IMG/VR virus record: IMGVR_UViG_3300033076_000287
Location: 1-24,680 of that record
Length of the DNA stretch: 24,680 nucleotides
From: a virus
Taxonomy: Duplodnaviria; Caudoviricetes
Direction: 5' to 3' (one strand)
Shown: one piece after another, positions 15,841-24,680 of the stretch
Layout: each line of letters begins with the position of its first letter
Numbering within the stretch: the stretch's first letter is position 1
Made by a program: the position numbers and the translations under genes
Notes under the pieces: model-generated
Told to the model about the DNA's origin: nothing
The model's database searches: none
Seen by the model: only the letters and a program-made list of their open reading frames with translations

Positions 15841-16529
15841 GTGCCATTGCCATCGCAAACGACTACACGCCGGTTCGTCGGCAGGGTCAGGGCCGAAAAG
15901 GTGTCTGGACTGGCCTTTTGCAAGCCGAACATCCGCACTTGGTTGCTATTACGGCTCCTCAGTTTGCCATTTTCAACAGTCGGGGCCAGATCACGGCCGC
16001 ATCGGATGCCGAGATTGGTCGAGAGGCAATCCGATACGTCTCAGCCAACGATCACCTGTGGCAAAAGGGTGAGGACCTGATTTTCGTCCGCAAGCACAAC
16101 GCTTACGTCAACACTGGCCTGAACAACGCGCTGGACCGCGAGTTTGGCCTTGGCGGCACTGCAATCGGGTTCATTGGCGTCAGCTCAAATACCACGGCAG
16201 TAACCGCGACTACTGTGTTCCTGAACGGAGCTAGTGGCGGCACTGCGGCGAACACCATCATCAAGGCGATCAGCCCGGCTGCAAGTCGATCTAGCCAGAC
16301 GACGACGGGCGGCGCAACCTTCGTGAACGCGGACTTCACGTCCGGAGTTTTCATCATGAACAAGTTGGGGTTCTTGAATACTTCGACAGACGCCGGAACT
16401 GGCCTCATTGACGTTATTGGCGGCACTGGCGGCGCCTCTCCATATAACCGCACGTTCTCGCTTGATTTGACGGCGGCTGGCTCATTTAGCTTCACCCCTC
16501 AAATTGCCGTGACGGCTTCGGCCATTTAA
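15837..16529 (+). CDS. Putative tail structural protein (230 aa)
   Basis: ATGA-coupled start at 15837; HNAYVNTGLN...IGVSSNTTA pattern typical of tail-fibre attachment modules. Confidence 0.65.
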   Translation: MSAIAIANDYTPVRRQGQGRKGVWTGLLQAEHPHLVAITAPQFAIFNSRGQITAASDAEIGREAIRYVSANDHLWQKGEDLIFVRKHNAYVNTGLNNALDREFGLGGTAIGFIGVSSNTTAVTATTVFLNGASGGTAANTIIKAISPAASRSSQTTTGGATFVNADFTSGVFIMNKLGFLNTSTDAGTGLIDVIGGTGGASPYNRTFSLDLTAAGSFSFTPQIAVTASAI

Positions 16530-16538
16530 GGCGGTTAA

Positions 16539-16568
16539 TTGCTCGCAATGGATAATGGCGCATATAAT
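16539..16568 (+). promoter_or_regulatory. Sigma70-like promoter upstream of the ejection genes
   Basis: TTGCTC (16539-16544), 18-nt spacer, TATAAT (16563-16568), in a rare intergenic gap. Confidence 0.5.
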
Positions 16569-16657
16569 CAACGCAGCCGAGACACCCGCAACGACCCGGC
16601 TGCGTTGACCATCCCTTTGAAGCATTCGGGATTATGGTGATGCAGTAGGAGCCGCTT

Positions 16658-17512
16658 ATGGGAATTTTCAGCAGCATTTCTCGTGGATTGGGTTTCAACC
16701 AAATTCTCGGCCCTGCGCAGGGAATCCTTGGCGACATTACTGGCGCGAATCAAGCCGCCGATGCCGCTCAAGCCGCCGCTGCAACTCAATCTGCCGCCGC
16801 TCAAGCGGGTATTGCCGAGCAGCGCCGCCAGTTTGACCTTACTCGCGGAAGCCTTAGCCCATTCATCGGGGCCGGCGTCAACGCGCTTTCGGCTCAGGGC
16901 GACTTACTCGGTTTGAACGGCCCCGAAAAGCAAGCCGCTGCCTTGGCGGCACTTCAGGGATCGCCTGAGTTTTCCTCCCTGCTTTCAAGCGGCGAGAACG
17001 CAATCCTACAGAACGCCTCAGCTACGGGCGGCCTTCGTGGCGGAAATGTGCAATCTGCACTGGCTCAGTTCCGGCCCGCGCTGCTTTCGCAAACTATCAA
17101 TTCGCGGCTATCGAATCTTGGCGGTTTGACTACGCTCGGCCAGAACGCTGCCGCTGGCGCGGGAACTATCGGCGCTAATTCGGCCAATACCATCTCGCAG
17201 CTATTGCAGCAGCAGGGCGCGGCTACAGCGGGCGGGCAGTTGGCTGCGGGAGCAGTTCCGGGGCAAATCTTCGGCACTTTGCTACAGGGCGCTGGTGTTG
17301 CGGCTGGCTCTGGCTTGTTTAGCGACCGCCGACTCAAGAAGAATATTCAGCGCATCGGCACGCATCCCAGCGGCCTGCCTAAGTACCGCTGGACCTACTT
17401 GTGGGGCGAACCTTCGGAGGGCGTCATGGCCGATGAAGCTCAGGCCGCATTCCCGGAGGCTGTTTTTGAAGGCCCGGGCGGTTATCTCATGGTGGATTAC
17501 TCCAAGCTCTGA
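16658..17512 (+). CDS. DNA ejection/transfer protein (P22 gp7-like) with C-terminal peptidase S74-like domain
   Basis: AGGAG RBS; A/G/Q-rich; GENAILQNASATGGLRGGN motif; C-terminal SDRRLKKNI...GVMADE...PEAV...VDYSKL. Confidence 0.85.
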   Translation: MGIFSSISRGLGFNQILGPAQGILGDITGANQAADAAQAAAATQSAAAQAGIAEQRRQFDLTRGSLSPFIGAGVNALSAQGDLLGLNGPEKQAAALAALQGSPEFSSLLSSGENAILQNASATGGLRGGNVQSALAQFRPALLSQTINSRLSNLGGLTTLGQNAAAGAGTIGANSANTISQLLQQQGAATAGGQLAAGAVPGQIFGTLLQGAGVAAGSGLFSDRRLKKNIQRIGTHPSGLPKYRWTYLWGEPSEGVMADEAQAAFPEAVFEGPGGYLMVDYSKL

Positions 17513-17518
17513 GGCCAC

Positions 17519-18841
17519 ATGGAACCGATCAACTATCTGGCAGCGCTTCCGCAAGTAAACCCGTTGCAGCAGTTGGCGCAGGGTCTGCAAATTGGCGGGG
17601 CCATTGCTCAAAACCGGCAGCAGCAGCAGGCACAGCAGCGCCAATCGCAATTCCAGGCACGAGTGCAAAGCCTGTTTGCCAATTCGGGCGCATCGGCTCG
17701 CGATTACATGGAATTGGGCGTTCAATACCCCGAATTCGCGCAACAGGCCGAGTCTCTGTGGAAGGGCTTGTCCGAGCAGCGCAAGGCGGATGATCTTCGG
17801 CGCGGCTATCAGGTGATGGCACGCATTCAGGCCGGCGACCCTGCTGGCGCGGAGCAGATGATCCGCGATCATGCCGAGCAACTAAAGGCCGCTGGCGCCC
17901 CTGAAAGCGAATGGAAGGCCGAGCTTGAGGATGCGGACCTTATCAGAGCCAACCCGCAGCAGGCTCTTGCAACTGGCGCCCTGCTGTTCTCGCAGGTTGA
18001 TCCCAAGTTTCCCGAAGTGTGGGAGAAGTTGCGGTCGGTCACTCGCGCCGAGGAATTGCAGCCGGCCGCTAAGACTAAGGCTGAGGCGGAGGCTAGCGAG
18101 AAGCAGGTAGAGGCCAAGTATGCCGAGCGCAAGGCGCTTGCTGAAATCCGCAACTACAATTCTCAGATTGCCGACCGCGCGGGCCGCCTGAATTTGGACG
18201 CGCAGCGGCTGGCCCTGGACACTGAAAAGGCGATTCAGGAAGCCAAGCGAGCTGCTGGAACGCTGACCCCTGGCGTTGAAAAGATTGTCAATGAGTCTAT
18301 CCCCGCCGCGCTGGCTTCGGAGCAGTCCGCAGATCAGCTTGAAGGGCTGGCTACAAAGCTCCAAGGCGTCAAATCGTTTGGCACTGGCATATTTGCATCC
18401 GCTTCCGAAGGATTCGCAAAGGCGCTTGGCGGGCAGGATCAGTTGAGCGCATTGCGTCAGGAATACACGCGCCTTCGCAATCAGCAGGCTATCAAATCAC
18501 TTCCGCCTGGGCCTGCGACAGATCGGGACATTGAACTCGCGCTAAAGGGATTCCCGCCTGAAAACGCCAGCCCTCAATATATCGCCAGCTTCTTGAATGG
18601 CACTGCCAAGTTGCAGCGCATTGACGCTTTGGCGCAAAAGGCCAAAGCAGAATGGGCGCAGGCGAATGGGAGTCTTGGCAATGCTCGCGGCACTGGCGAG
18701 GTAAAAGGGGTGCCTGTAACGGCGGGGATGAGTTTCCCCGAGTTCACTGCGGCCTATCTTGAAAAGTATGCCCCGAAGCCGCCCGAGCCTCCCGCGTCCC
18801 CTGCGCCCGCTGGCAATCGAAATGTCGTGGTGGATTACTAA
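17519..18841 (+). CDS. Ejection protein (P22 gp20 position)
   Basis: MEPINY...GLQIG, Q/A-rich helical sequence, LPPGPATDRDI; second of three internal virion genes. Confidence 0.7.
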   Translation: MEPINYLAALPQVNPLQQLAQGLQIGGAIAQNRQQQQAQQRQSQFQARVQSLFANSGASARDYMELGVQYPEFAQQAESLWKGLSEQRKADDLRRGYQVMARIQAGDPAGAEQMIRDHAEQLKAAGAPESEWKAELEDADLIRANPQQALATGALLFSQVDPKFPEVWEKLRSVTRAEELQPAAKTKAEAEASEKQVEAKYAERKALAEIRNYNSQIADRAGRLNLDAQRLALDTEKAIQEAKRAAGTLTPGVEKIVNESIPAALASEQSADQLEGLATKLQGVKSFGTGIFASASEGFAKALGGQDQLSALRQEYTRLRNQQAIKSLPPGPATDRDIELALKGFPPENASPQYIASFLNGTAKLQRIDALAQKAKAEWAQANGSLGNARGTGEVKGVPVTAGMSFPEFTAAYLEKYAPKPPEPPASPAPAGNRNVVVDY

Positions 18842-20766
18842 TGCCTTACTCGATCACGACAAAAGACGGGATCACGATTCAGAACATCCCCGATGATGTT
18901 TTGCCTGATTCTCAGTCCCTAAAGGATCGAGTGGCATCTATCCGTTCTCAGCAAGGCGGAGCAGAGCCTTCCATGCTGTCTCGCGTTGGAAGCGGAATCG
19001 CCGAAGCATTTACTGGCTCCGCCCGCGAAACGGCAGACACGCAGGCGCTCCCCGATATTGGCGGATTGCCTGAACTAAGCCAGTTGAGCCTTGCCAGCGC
19101 CAAGACGGCACTCGGGACCATTGCGGCCAATCCTCAGGAAACCGCGCAGATCGTGCAGGCCAACTTCCCCGGCGCTCAGGTTCGTCAGGATGACAAGGGC
19201 AACTACATCATTCGCAGCAGCATTGATGGCCAAGAGTACGCCATCAAGCCTGGGTTCCAGATCAGCGATATTCCCAAGACCATTGCCAGCATGTTGGCGT
19301 TTACGCCCGCTGGCCGCGTTTCTGGCGTTGTCCGTGGCGCTGCCGCTGGCGCAGCTACTCAGGGCGCCATTGAAGGCACGCAAGCGGCGACCGGAGGCGG
19401 TGCAAGCGCCGAGGATGTTGGCATTGCTGGTTTGATTGGCGGCGCTGTCCCGGCTATCGGTGGAGCAATCCGCACGGTTCGTGGCGCCATTCAGGGCAAC
19501 TCGCAGGCTCCGCTTGTGGCCGCTGCCGAGCAGGCAAAAATCCCGTTGCTGACTTCGGACGTTGCTCCTCCCACAACCTTTGCGGGTCGCACTGGACAAG
19601 CCATTGGCGAGCGCGTTCCTGTCGCTGGCACTGGCCCTGTTCGCGCTGCGCAGCAGGATGCGCGCGCCGAGGCTGTACGAACGCTTGCCCGTGACTATGG
19701 CGCCGACGTTGCGACCAATGTGGACCAGAAGATTGTTGCGGAATTGCAGCGCAAGCGTGGCGACGCCCTAACCAAGTACACGGCGCTCAAGAAGGATGCG
19801 TTTTCGGCCATCCAAGGCCAGAAGATCAACACACGAAACGCGACGGCTCAGATTGATACCGAGCTTGCGTCGCTGCGCAAACTGAATGACCCGAGCCTGA
19901 ATCCGGTAATCACTCAGCTTGAAAACACCCGCCAGTCGTTGCAGAACCAGACGATTGATGAGATTGAGACTGCCCGGAAGTTGCTAGGCGACAAGATCAC
20001 GTCACCGGAATTGGCATCGGCTCGCAGCGTCACCGACAAAATCCCGAGCCGAGTCTACGATGCGCTAAAAACCGACATCAAGGACGCACTCGCGCAAAGT
20101 GGCGACAAGAAGGCGGTCGTAAAGTGGCAGGTAGCTAATGCCCGATTGCGTGAACTTGCCGGCGAGGCTGATAATGTCAAGCTGCGCACTGTCCTGAATG
20201 ACGGGATGGACTCCCCGGAAACGGTCGAAGCCCTACTGTTCAGCGCCAAACCGAGCGACGTGCAGCGGCTCTACCGCAACCTCACTCCTAACGGGCGTGC
20301 GGCGGCACAGATTGCCATTTTGCAGCGCGCGGTCGCCAAGTCGGACGGGCTGGAGCGGATCAGCCCCGACAAGTTCAAGCAACAGATCGGCAAGCTAGGC
20401 TCTCAGGTCGGCATCTTCTTTAAGCCTCAGGAAGCGCAACGAATCACCGGACTGCTAAAGGTTTTGCAGGCCACCGAACGAGCCGGCGTAGCTGCGGCCA
20501 ATCCGCCTACTGGCGCTCAGTTGGCTATCCCCGTCGTATCGGCTGCGCTGGCCGATGTTCTTGGAAGCGGTGGCGCTGCGATCACAACCGGCGCCGCGAT
20601 TGGCGGCATGGCCCGAGTTTATGAATCGGCAGCGGTTCGCAACCTTCTGACGCGCATTGCTAGCGCCCCTCAGGGAAGCCGAGCCGAACAGGCGTTGATT
20701 GCCCAGCTCAGGACTGCGGCAACGGCTGCGCAGGCCGGCAAATCGATTCAGGGAGAATCCAAGTGA
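18841..20766 (+). CDS. Ejection protein (P22 gp16 position)
   Basis: 641 aa helical, hydrophobic G/A-rich segments, YES..VRN.L motif; TAATG-coupled. Confidence 0.7.
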   Translation: MPYSITTKDGITIQNIPDDVLPDSQSLKDRVASIRSQQGGAEPSMLSRVGSGIAEAFTGSARETADTQALPDIGGLPELSQLSLASAKTALGTIAANPQETAQIVQANFPGAQVRQDDKGNYIIRSSIDGQEYAIKPGFQISDIPKTIASMLAFTPAGRVSGVVRGAAAGAATQGAIEGTQAATGGGASAEDVGIAGLIGGAVPAIGGAIRTVRGAIQGNSQAPLVAAAEQAKIPLLTSDVAPPTTFAGRTGQAIGERVPVAGTGPVRAAQQDARAEAVRTLARDYGADVATNVDQKIVAELQRKRGDALTKYTALKKDAFSAIQGQKINTRNATAQIDTELASLRKLNDPSLNPVITQLENTRQSLQNQTIDEIETARKLLGDKITSPELASARSVTDKIPSRVYDALKTDIKDALAQSGDKKAVVKWQVANARLRELAGEADNVKLRTVLNDGMDSPETVEALLFSAKPSDVQRLYRNLTPNGRAAAQIAILQRAVAKSDGLERISPDKFKQQIGKLGSQVGIFFKPQEAQRITGLLKVLQATERAGVAAANPPTGAQLAIPVVSAALADVLGSGGAAITTGAAIGGMARVYESAAVRNLLTRIASAPQGSRAEQALIAQLRTAATAAQAGKSIQGESK

Positions 20767-21044
20767 CAGAAATTGTCCCTCCTTACTCAAACTGGCGCGA
20801 CAAGGACGGCGGCGCACTGGACAACGGCACGATCTACATCGGCCCTGTCTACACCGACCCCCGCCAATCGCAATCCCCACTTCTATGGGATGACGACACG
20901 CCAGCCGCGCAGCCGTTGCGCACGTTGAACGGATACATCGTCAGGGCCGGGACTCCGGCATCTGTTTTTGTTGATGGTGCCTACTCAGTCATGGTGATTG
21001 ATGTGAAAGGCGAGATTGTTTACTACAAACCTAACGCGAGTTAA
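20763..21044 (+). CDS. Stand-alone tailspike head-binding-like domain (93 aa)
   Basis: GTG start after GGGAG; DKDGGALDNGTIYIG..DP, AAQPLRTLNGY, YSVMVID..G.IVYY resemble the P22 tailspike head-binding domain. Confidence 0.8.
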   Translation: MTEIVPPYSNWRDKDGGALDNGTIYIGPVYTDPRQSQSPLLWDDDTPAAQPLRTLNGYIVRAGTPASVFVDGAYSVMVIDVKGEIVYYKPNAS

Positions 21045-21047
21045 GCC

Positions 21048-24000
21048 ATGACTCAGATCAACCGACTCCCCTCGTCCGAAACGGCCTCGCCTTCGGATCA
21101 GATTCCTTTTTACTCCAATCAGAATGGCCGAGATGGCCGATTCTCGGTTCAGGCTCTTGCCGCTTATTTGGCGTCCACTTTTGAAGGCACCGCCGACCGC
21201 GTTATCTACGATACTTACAGCGATGCGCTTGGAGATATTGTCCGCATCGGCGATGGTTACACCATCATTGTCCGAGCCGATGAAAACGCCGATCCCCCGG
21301 ATACGGGCTTGACAACCTACTACACCAAGACCGGCGGCGTGCTGGTGTTTCAGGGCTTGCTTGAAACACTCCGCACCGACCTGCTTAGCGACGACTCTGG
21401 CCTTGGCGCTGACTTGGTGGCTAACGTGGTGCGCCGTTACCCGACGGCGGCAGCGGTGCGCGCTATTAACTTCGGGGCCACCAATGGCGGTGTTCTGATC
21501 GAAGGCAGCGACGGTGGACTTTTCCGGCGCGTGCCGACCGATCTTTCCAGCGCGGAGGACGGCGGAACCTTTGCGGGGACCGTTATTCGTCCGCTGGACT
21601 ATGCGACCAATGGCGTTCTAAGGCGCGTTGACGATCAACTTGAAATCAGTCTGGCAGAGTTTGGGGCCGATGCGACGGGGTCAACAAGCAGCAACGCAAT
21701 CTTTGCCACCATTGCCTCCTCTTATCCGACCAATCCGGTTCGTCTCCGTGTTCCGGCCGGCACCTATCGCATCAGCGCCGATTACACCATCCCCAACAAC
21801 ATCACGCTCGTTTTTACCGGCGGCATGTTGCGCCCTGACAACGGCGTAACCCTGACCATCGGCAACGGCGGCGTTGATGCCGATCCGACGGCCAAGATTT
21901 TTGACAACGCGACCTGGATCAGCGGCACGTTCGACGCGACCACGCCCGGCCGCATTCGGTTCACCAACGCCCGCATCCGTGAGGTTTACTCTGAGTGGTG
22001 GGGCGCGGCTGGTGATGGAGTCACAAACGACTCGGATCCGATCAACGCCGGCCTTGTGGCGGCCGTCACGAACGACGCGCGTCGCATGATCCCGATGCGC
22101 CTGCTGTCCAAGCAATACCAAGCGAACATCGTCATCCCGCCATACACCGCTGCCGACACGTTCCCGAAGAACCGCAGTCTGTTTGGCTCGGGTCGCGGCA
22201 CTCGCGTCATCGCGGCCAACACGGCCTCGCCGGCCGTCCTGTTCGATGCTTCGACCGGCACCGCGAATCGGAATGCGCTGCTCGAAATCGACGACTTTTT
22301 TGTGGGCATGGGCAGCAGCACTAGCGGCGTTGAAACCGTCAAACTGGTGGGCGGCGTGCCCTTCACCCGCAGTATCACCACCACGGCAGGAAACACGTCG
22401 GTCACGACGTCTGACACCAGCGATCTTCGCGAAGGACAGGTTGTCACGGCGTCGACGCTGTTTGACATCACTGTCGTTTACACCATCGCCAGCATTGACA
22501 GTCCGACTACGTTCACCCTGAGTTACCCGGCACTCAATGCTGGCACTGCGAATGCTACCTTCGGCGTCAACGCGCGCCTGTACGGCAGCATGACCAATCT
22601 GTGGGTCGCTAACAGTCGCTTCAACAGTGGCGGCGGCGACTGCATTCGCATCGAGAATCATCTGGGCTTCTTCTTCTACAACATCAACACCGAGGACGGC
22701 CGGCGCTCGTTCGTAAGCATGAATGGCTCGAACCTGCGCGTGTATGGCATGCACGGCCGATTCAACGGCGGCGGACTCATGTACGTTGAAGGTGGAGCCG
22801 GCAATAGCTTCTTCGGAATGCGCCAGGAGGACGGCAACTTCGCCACCAACGACAACGACCTGCCTCTGGTGCACATCAAGGACAGCAGTAACAATTCGGT
22901 TTACGGACTCCAGAACGAGGGCCGCAATTCGATTATCAACTGCATCAAGCTCGAAGGAACCGGCAATGCTACGGCGTCGAGCTGCAACGGAAATAGCTTC
23001 TTCGGCGTCAATCTAGCGTCTCCCCAGCGCAGCACTACCAGCGCAGGCGCAGCCATTGTGACCAGTATCGTGAACATGGTTGGCAACGTTCGCGGAACCA
23101 AGATTTACGGCGGCGCCAGCACCTACGTGACTGACAACAATGCCGACGGCTTCGACATTCTCATGCAGGCCAATGGTGCTGGAGCGGTGCCGCTGGATAA
23201 CGAAATCGACATGCTGATGGTCGAGGCAAATGCCAGCTACCCGCGCGTCAGCATTCCGGCCAACGCCTACGGAAACCGTATCAAGCTCAAAGACCCGCGC
23301 TCGGTAGACGTGTGGACGTTTGGAACCAGTCTTGACGTGACCGCGAACACGACGCTGACCGAGTTCGTGGATGGCATGTCGTTTAGCAACTTCGGAGCCG
23401 CCGGAAGCGTGACTTTGACACAGCCGCACGCTCGAGTTGGCGCCATTCAGAAACACACCAAAATGGAAAACCAGATTTTCCGGATTGATCCATTTACCAG
23501 TGGCAACGCCTCAACGTATTCGGTTACGACCGGAAGCCCCGGTTTGATTCTGCAAGGGCTTTCGTACCAAGACATTAACGTCGGAGACGTCATTGCGGGC
23601 ACTGGCGCGGTTTCGGGCGCGTTTGCTGCCGGCACCGAAGTTTTGAGCAAACGCCAGAATTTCAAAAACGTGACTGCGACCACGGTCGTCCGCAGCATTA
23701 CCACAACCAGCGCCAGCGCGGTCATCACGCTAGCTGACACCACTGGCATCATCGCCGGAGATGCCATCACTGCGACTGGCGTTCCAACAGGAACCGACGT
23801 GCTGACGGTGGACAGCCCGACGCAGATCACGATGACGGCGAACGCCACTGCTAGCGCCACCGTGACCGGAACATTCGGCAAGCGGGCGGTGACGATGCTC
23901 AACACGAGCGGTATTGTGGTGGGCGATCACATCCAGCGTCCGGCCGGCGGTGGCATCCAGACGCTGACGACTGTGGCGAGCGTGGACAGCGGCACGCAGG

Positions 24001-24257
24001 TCACGCTGAGCAAGGGCGTTACGCAGGCATTCGTGCGTAGCGTCTGCACTTTCTCGATGCTCACGATGAACGCAAACTCAGCAGTCACCGCCACAAGCGC
24101 GGGCGGTGGGTTCACTTTCTCTCAAAAGATTCGCGGCGGCGGTGGGGGAAAATATCTTCAACTCACAAACGTCGGCGATTCAGTCACGCTGCAGTGTTTC
24201 CGACCCGGCGTGTGGGAGATTGTCTCGCAGATTGGCACGCCTACCTTTGAGCCATAA
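21048..24257 (+). CDS. Tailspike / receptor-binding protein (beta-helix, pectate-lyase-like) with repeated small beta domains
   Basis: FGADATG and WWGAAGDGVTNDS beta-helix cap motifs; N/G-rich coils; four related ~60-aa T-rich domains. Confidence 0.88.
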   Translation: MTQINRLPSSETASPSDQIPFYSNQNGRDGRFSVQALAAYLASTFEGTADRVIYDTYSDALGDIVRIGDGYTIIVRADENADPPDTGLTTYYTKTGGVLVFQGLLETLRTDLLSDDSGLGADLVANVVRRYPTAAAVRAINFGATNGGVLIEGSDGGLFRRVPTDLSSAEDGGTFAGTVIRPLDYATNGVLRRVDDQLEISLAEFGADATGSTSSNAIFATIASSYPTNPVRLRVPAGTYRISADYTIPNNITLVFTGGMLRPDNGVTLTIGNGGVDADPTAKIFDNATWISGTFDATTPGRIRFTNARIREVYSEWWGAAGDGVTNDSDPINAGLVAAVTNDARRMIPMRLLSKQYQANIVIPPYTAADTFPKNRSLFGSGRGTRVIAANTASPAVLFDASTGTANRNALLEIDDFFVGMGSSTSGVETVKLVGGVPFTRSITTTAGNTSVTTSDTSDLREGQVVTASTLFDITVVYTIASIDSPTTFTLSYPALNAGTANATFGVNARLYGSMTNLWVANSRFNSGGGDCIRIENHLGFFFYNINTEDGRRSFVSMNGSNLRVYGMHGRFNGGGLMYVEGGAGNSFFGMRQEDGNFATNDNDLPLVHIKDSSNNSVYGLQNEGRNSIINCIKLEGTGNATASSCNGNSFFGVNLASPQRSTTSAGAAIVTSIVNMVGNVRGTKIYGGASTYVTDNNADGFDILMQANGAGAVPLDNEIDMLMVEANASYPRVSIPANAYGNRIKLKDPRSVDVWTFGTSLDVTANTTLTEFVDGMSFSNFGAAGSVTLTQPHARVGAIQKHTKMENQIFRIDPFTSGNASTYSVTTGSPGLILQGLSYQDINVGDVIAGTGAVSGAFAAGTEVLSKRQNFKNVTATTVVRSITTTSASAVITLADTTGIIAGDAITATGVPTGTDVLTVDSPTQITMTANATASATVTGTFGKRAVTMLNTSGIVVGDHIQRPAGGGIQTLTTVASVDSGTQVTLSKGVTQAFVRSVCTFSMLTMNANSAVTATSAGGGFTFSQKIRGGGGGKYLQLTNVGDSVTLQCFRPGVWEIVSQIGTPTFEP

Positions 24258-24647
24258 ATGATTACTGAATCCAAGTTTTACAAAGGCCGCGACAAGCAAT
24301 TCGCCGCTGAACTCACCGACGAGATTCGGCAGAACGCTCGCACCACCATCGCACTGGCGAATGCCATGCTTGAGGAGGCCGGGGTGCTGGATTGCGAGGT
24401 TTCCTCCGGCTGGCGTCCTGCGGCGGTCAACGCTGTCACCAAGGGTGCGGCCAAGAAGTCGAATCACATGCTAGGGCTTGCAGTTGACATCGTTGACATT
24501 GACGGCAAGCTAGGCAAATGGGCCTTGTCGAACCTCAAAGTTCTTGAGCGGCTTGGCCTGTGGCTAGAGCATCCGACCGCGACACGCGGATGGCTTCACG
24601 TTCAAACTGTACCCCCGCGCAGTGGCCGGCGCGTTTTCCAACCGTAG
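24258..24647 (+). CDS. Endolysin, peptidase M15-like Zn peptidase
   Basis: SSGWRP..VN, SNHMLGLAVD (H-x6-D) and WLHVQ zinc ligands. Confidence 0.88.
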   Translation: MITESKFYKGRDKQFAAELTDEIRQNARTTIALANAMLEEAGVLDCEVSSGWRPAAVNAVTKGAAKKSNHMLGLAVDIVDIDGKLGKWALSNLKVLERLGLWLEHPTATRGWLHVQTVPPRSGRRVFQP

Positions 24648-24656
24648 GAGATTGAC

Positions 24657-24680
24657 ATGAGCAAAGGCGGTCCTGGCGTA
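24657..24680 (+). CDS. Start of the next gene (partial)
   Basis: AGGAG RBS then ATG 24657: MSKGGPGV, running off the window. Confidence 0.5.

Noticed and set aside
21681-22874. 397-aa minus-strand ORF
   Set aside because: Antisense shadow of the tailspike; unlike 92-901 it carries no functional motif.
22368-23876. Diversity-generating retroelement TR/VR pair
   Set aside because: The repeats are diverged protein-level paralogues without adenine-specific differences, and no reverse transcriptase is present in the window.

Overview
The window is one co-oriented (+ strand), tightly packed segment of a P22-like podovirus genome (phage or prophage; host not determinable, probably a proteobacterium). 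Order: end of an HTH-containing gene, C5 cytosine methyltransferase, DUF1376/YdaU-type replication initiator with an internal iteron origin, DnaC-like loader, RuvC-like nuclease, several very small genes, TerS/TerL, portal, scaffold, P22-type coat, gp4- and gp10-like tail proteins, six accessory structural genes, three ejection proteins, a stand-alone head-binding domain, a 1069-aa tailspike and an M15 endolysin. Most notable: (1) the methyltransferase appears to be a two-chain enzyme encoded by two almost fully overlapping frames, with motif IX and candidate target-recognition repeats only in the +1 frame; (2) a structured RNA switch/terminator precedes the initiator; (3) the tailspike C-terminus appears to contain three copies of one small domain nested inside each other; (4) an ejection protein ends in an autocleaving S74-like domain; (5) there are several unannotated micro-ORFs. 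All family calls come from motif recognition by eye, not from database searches.
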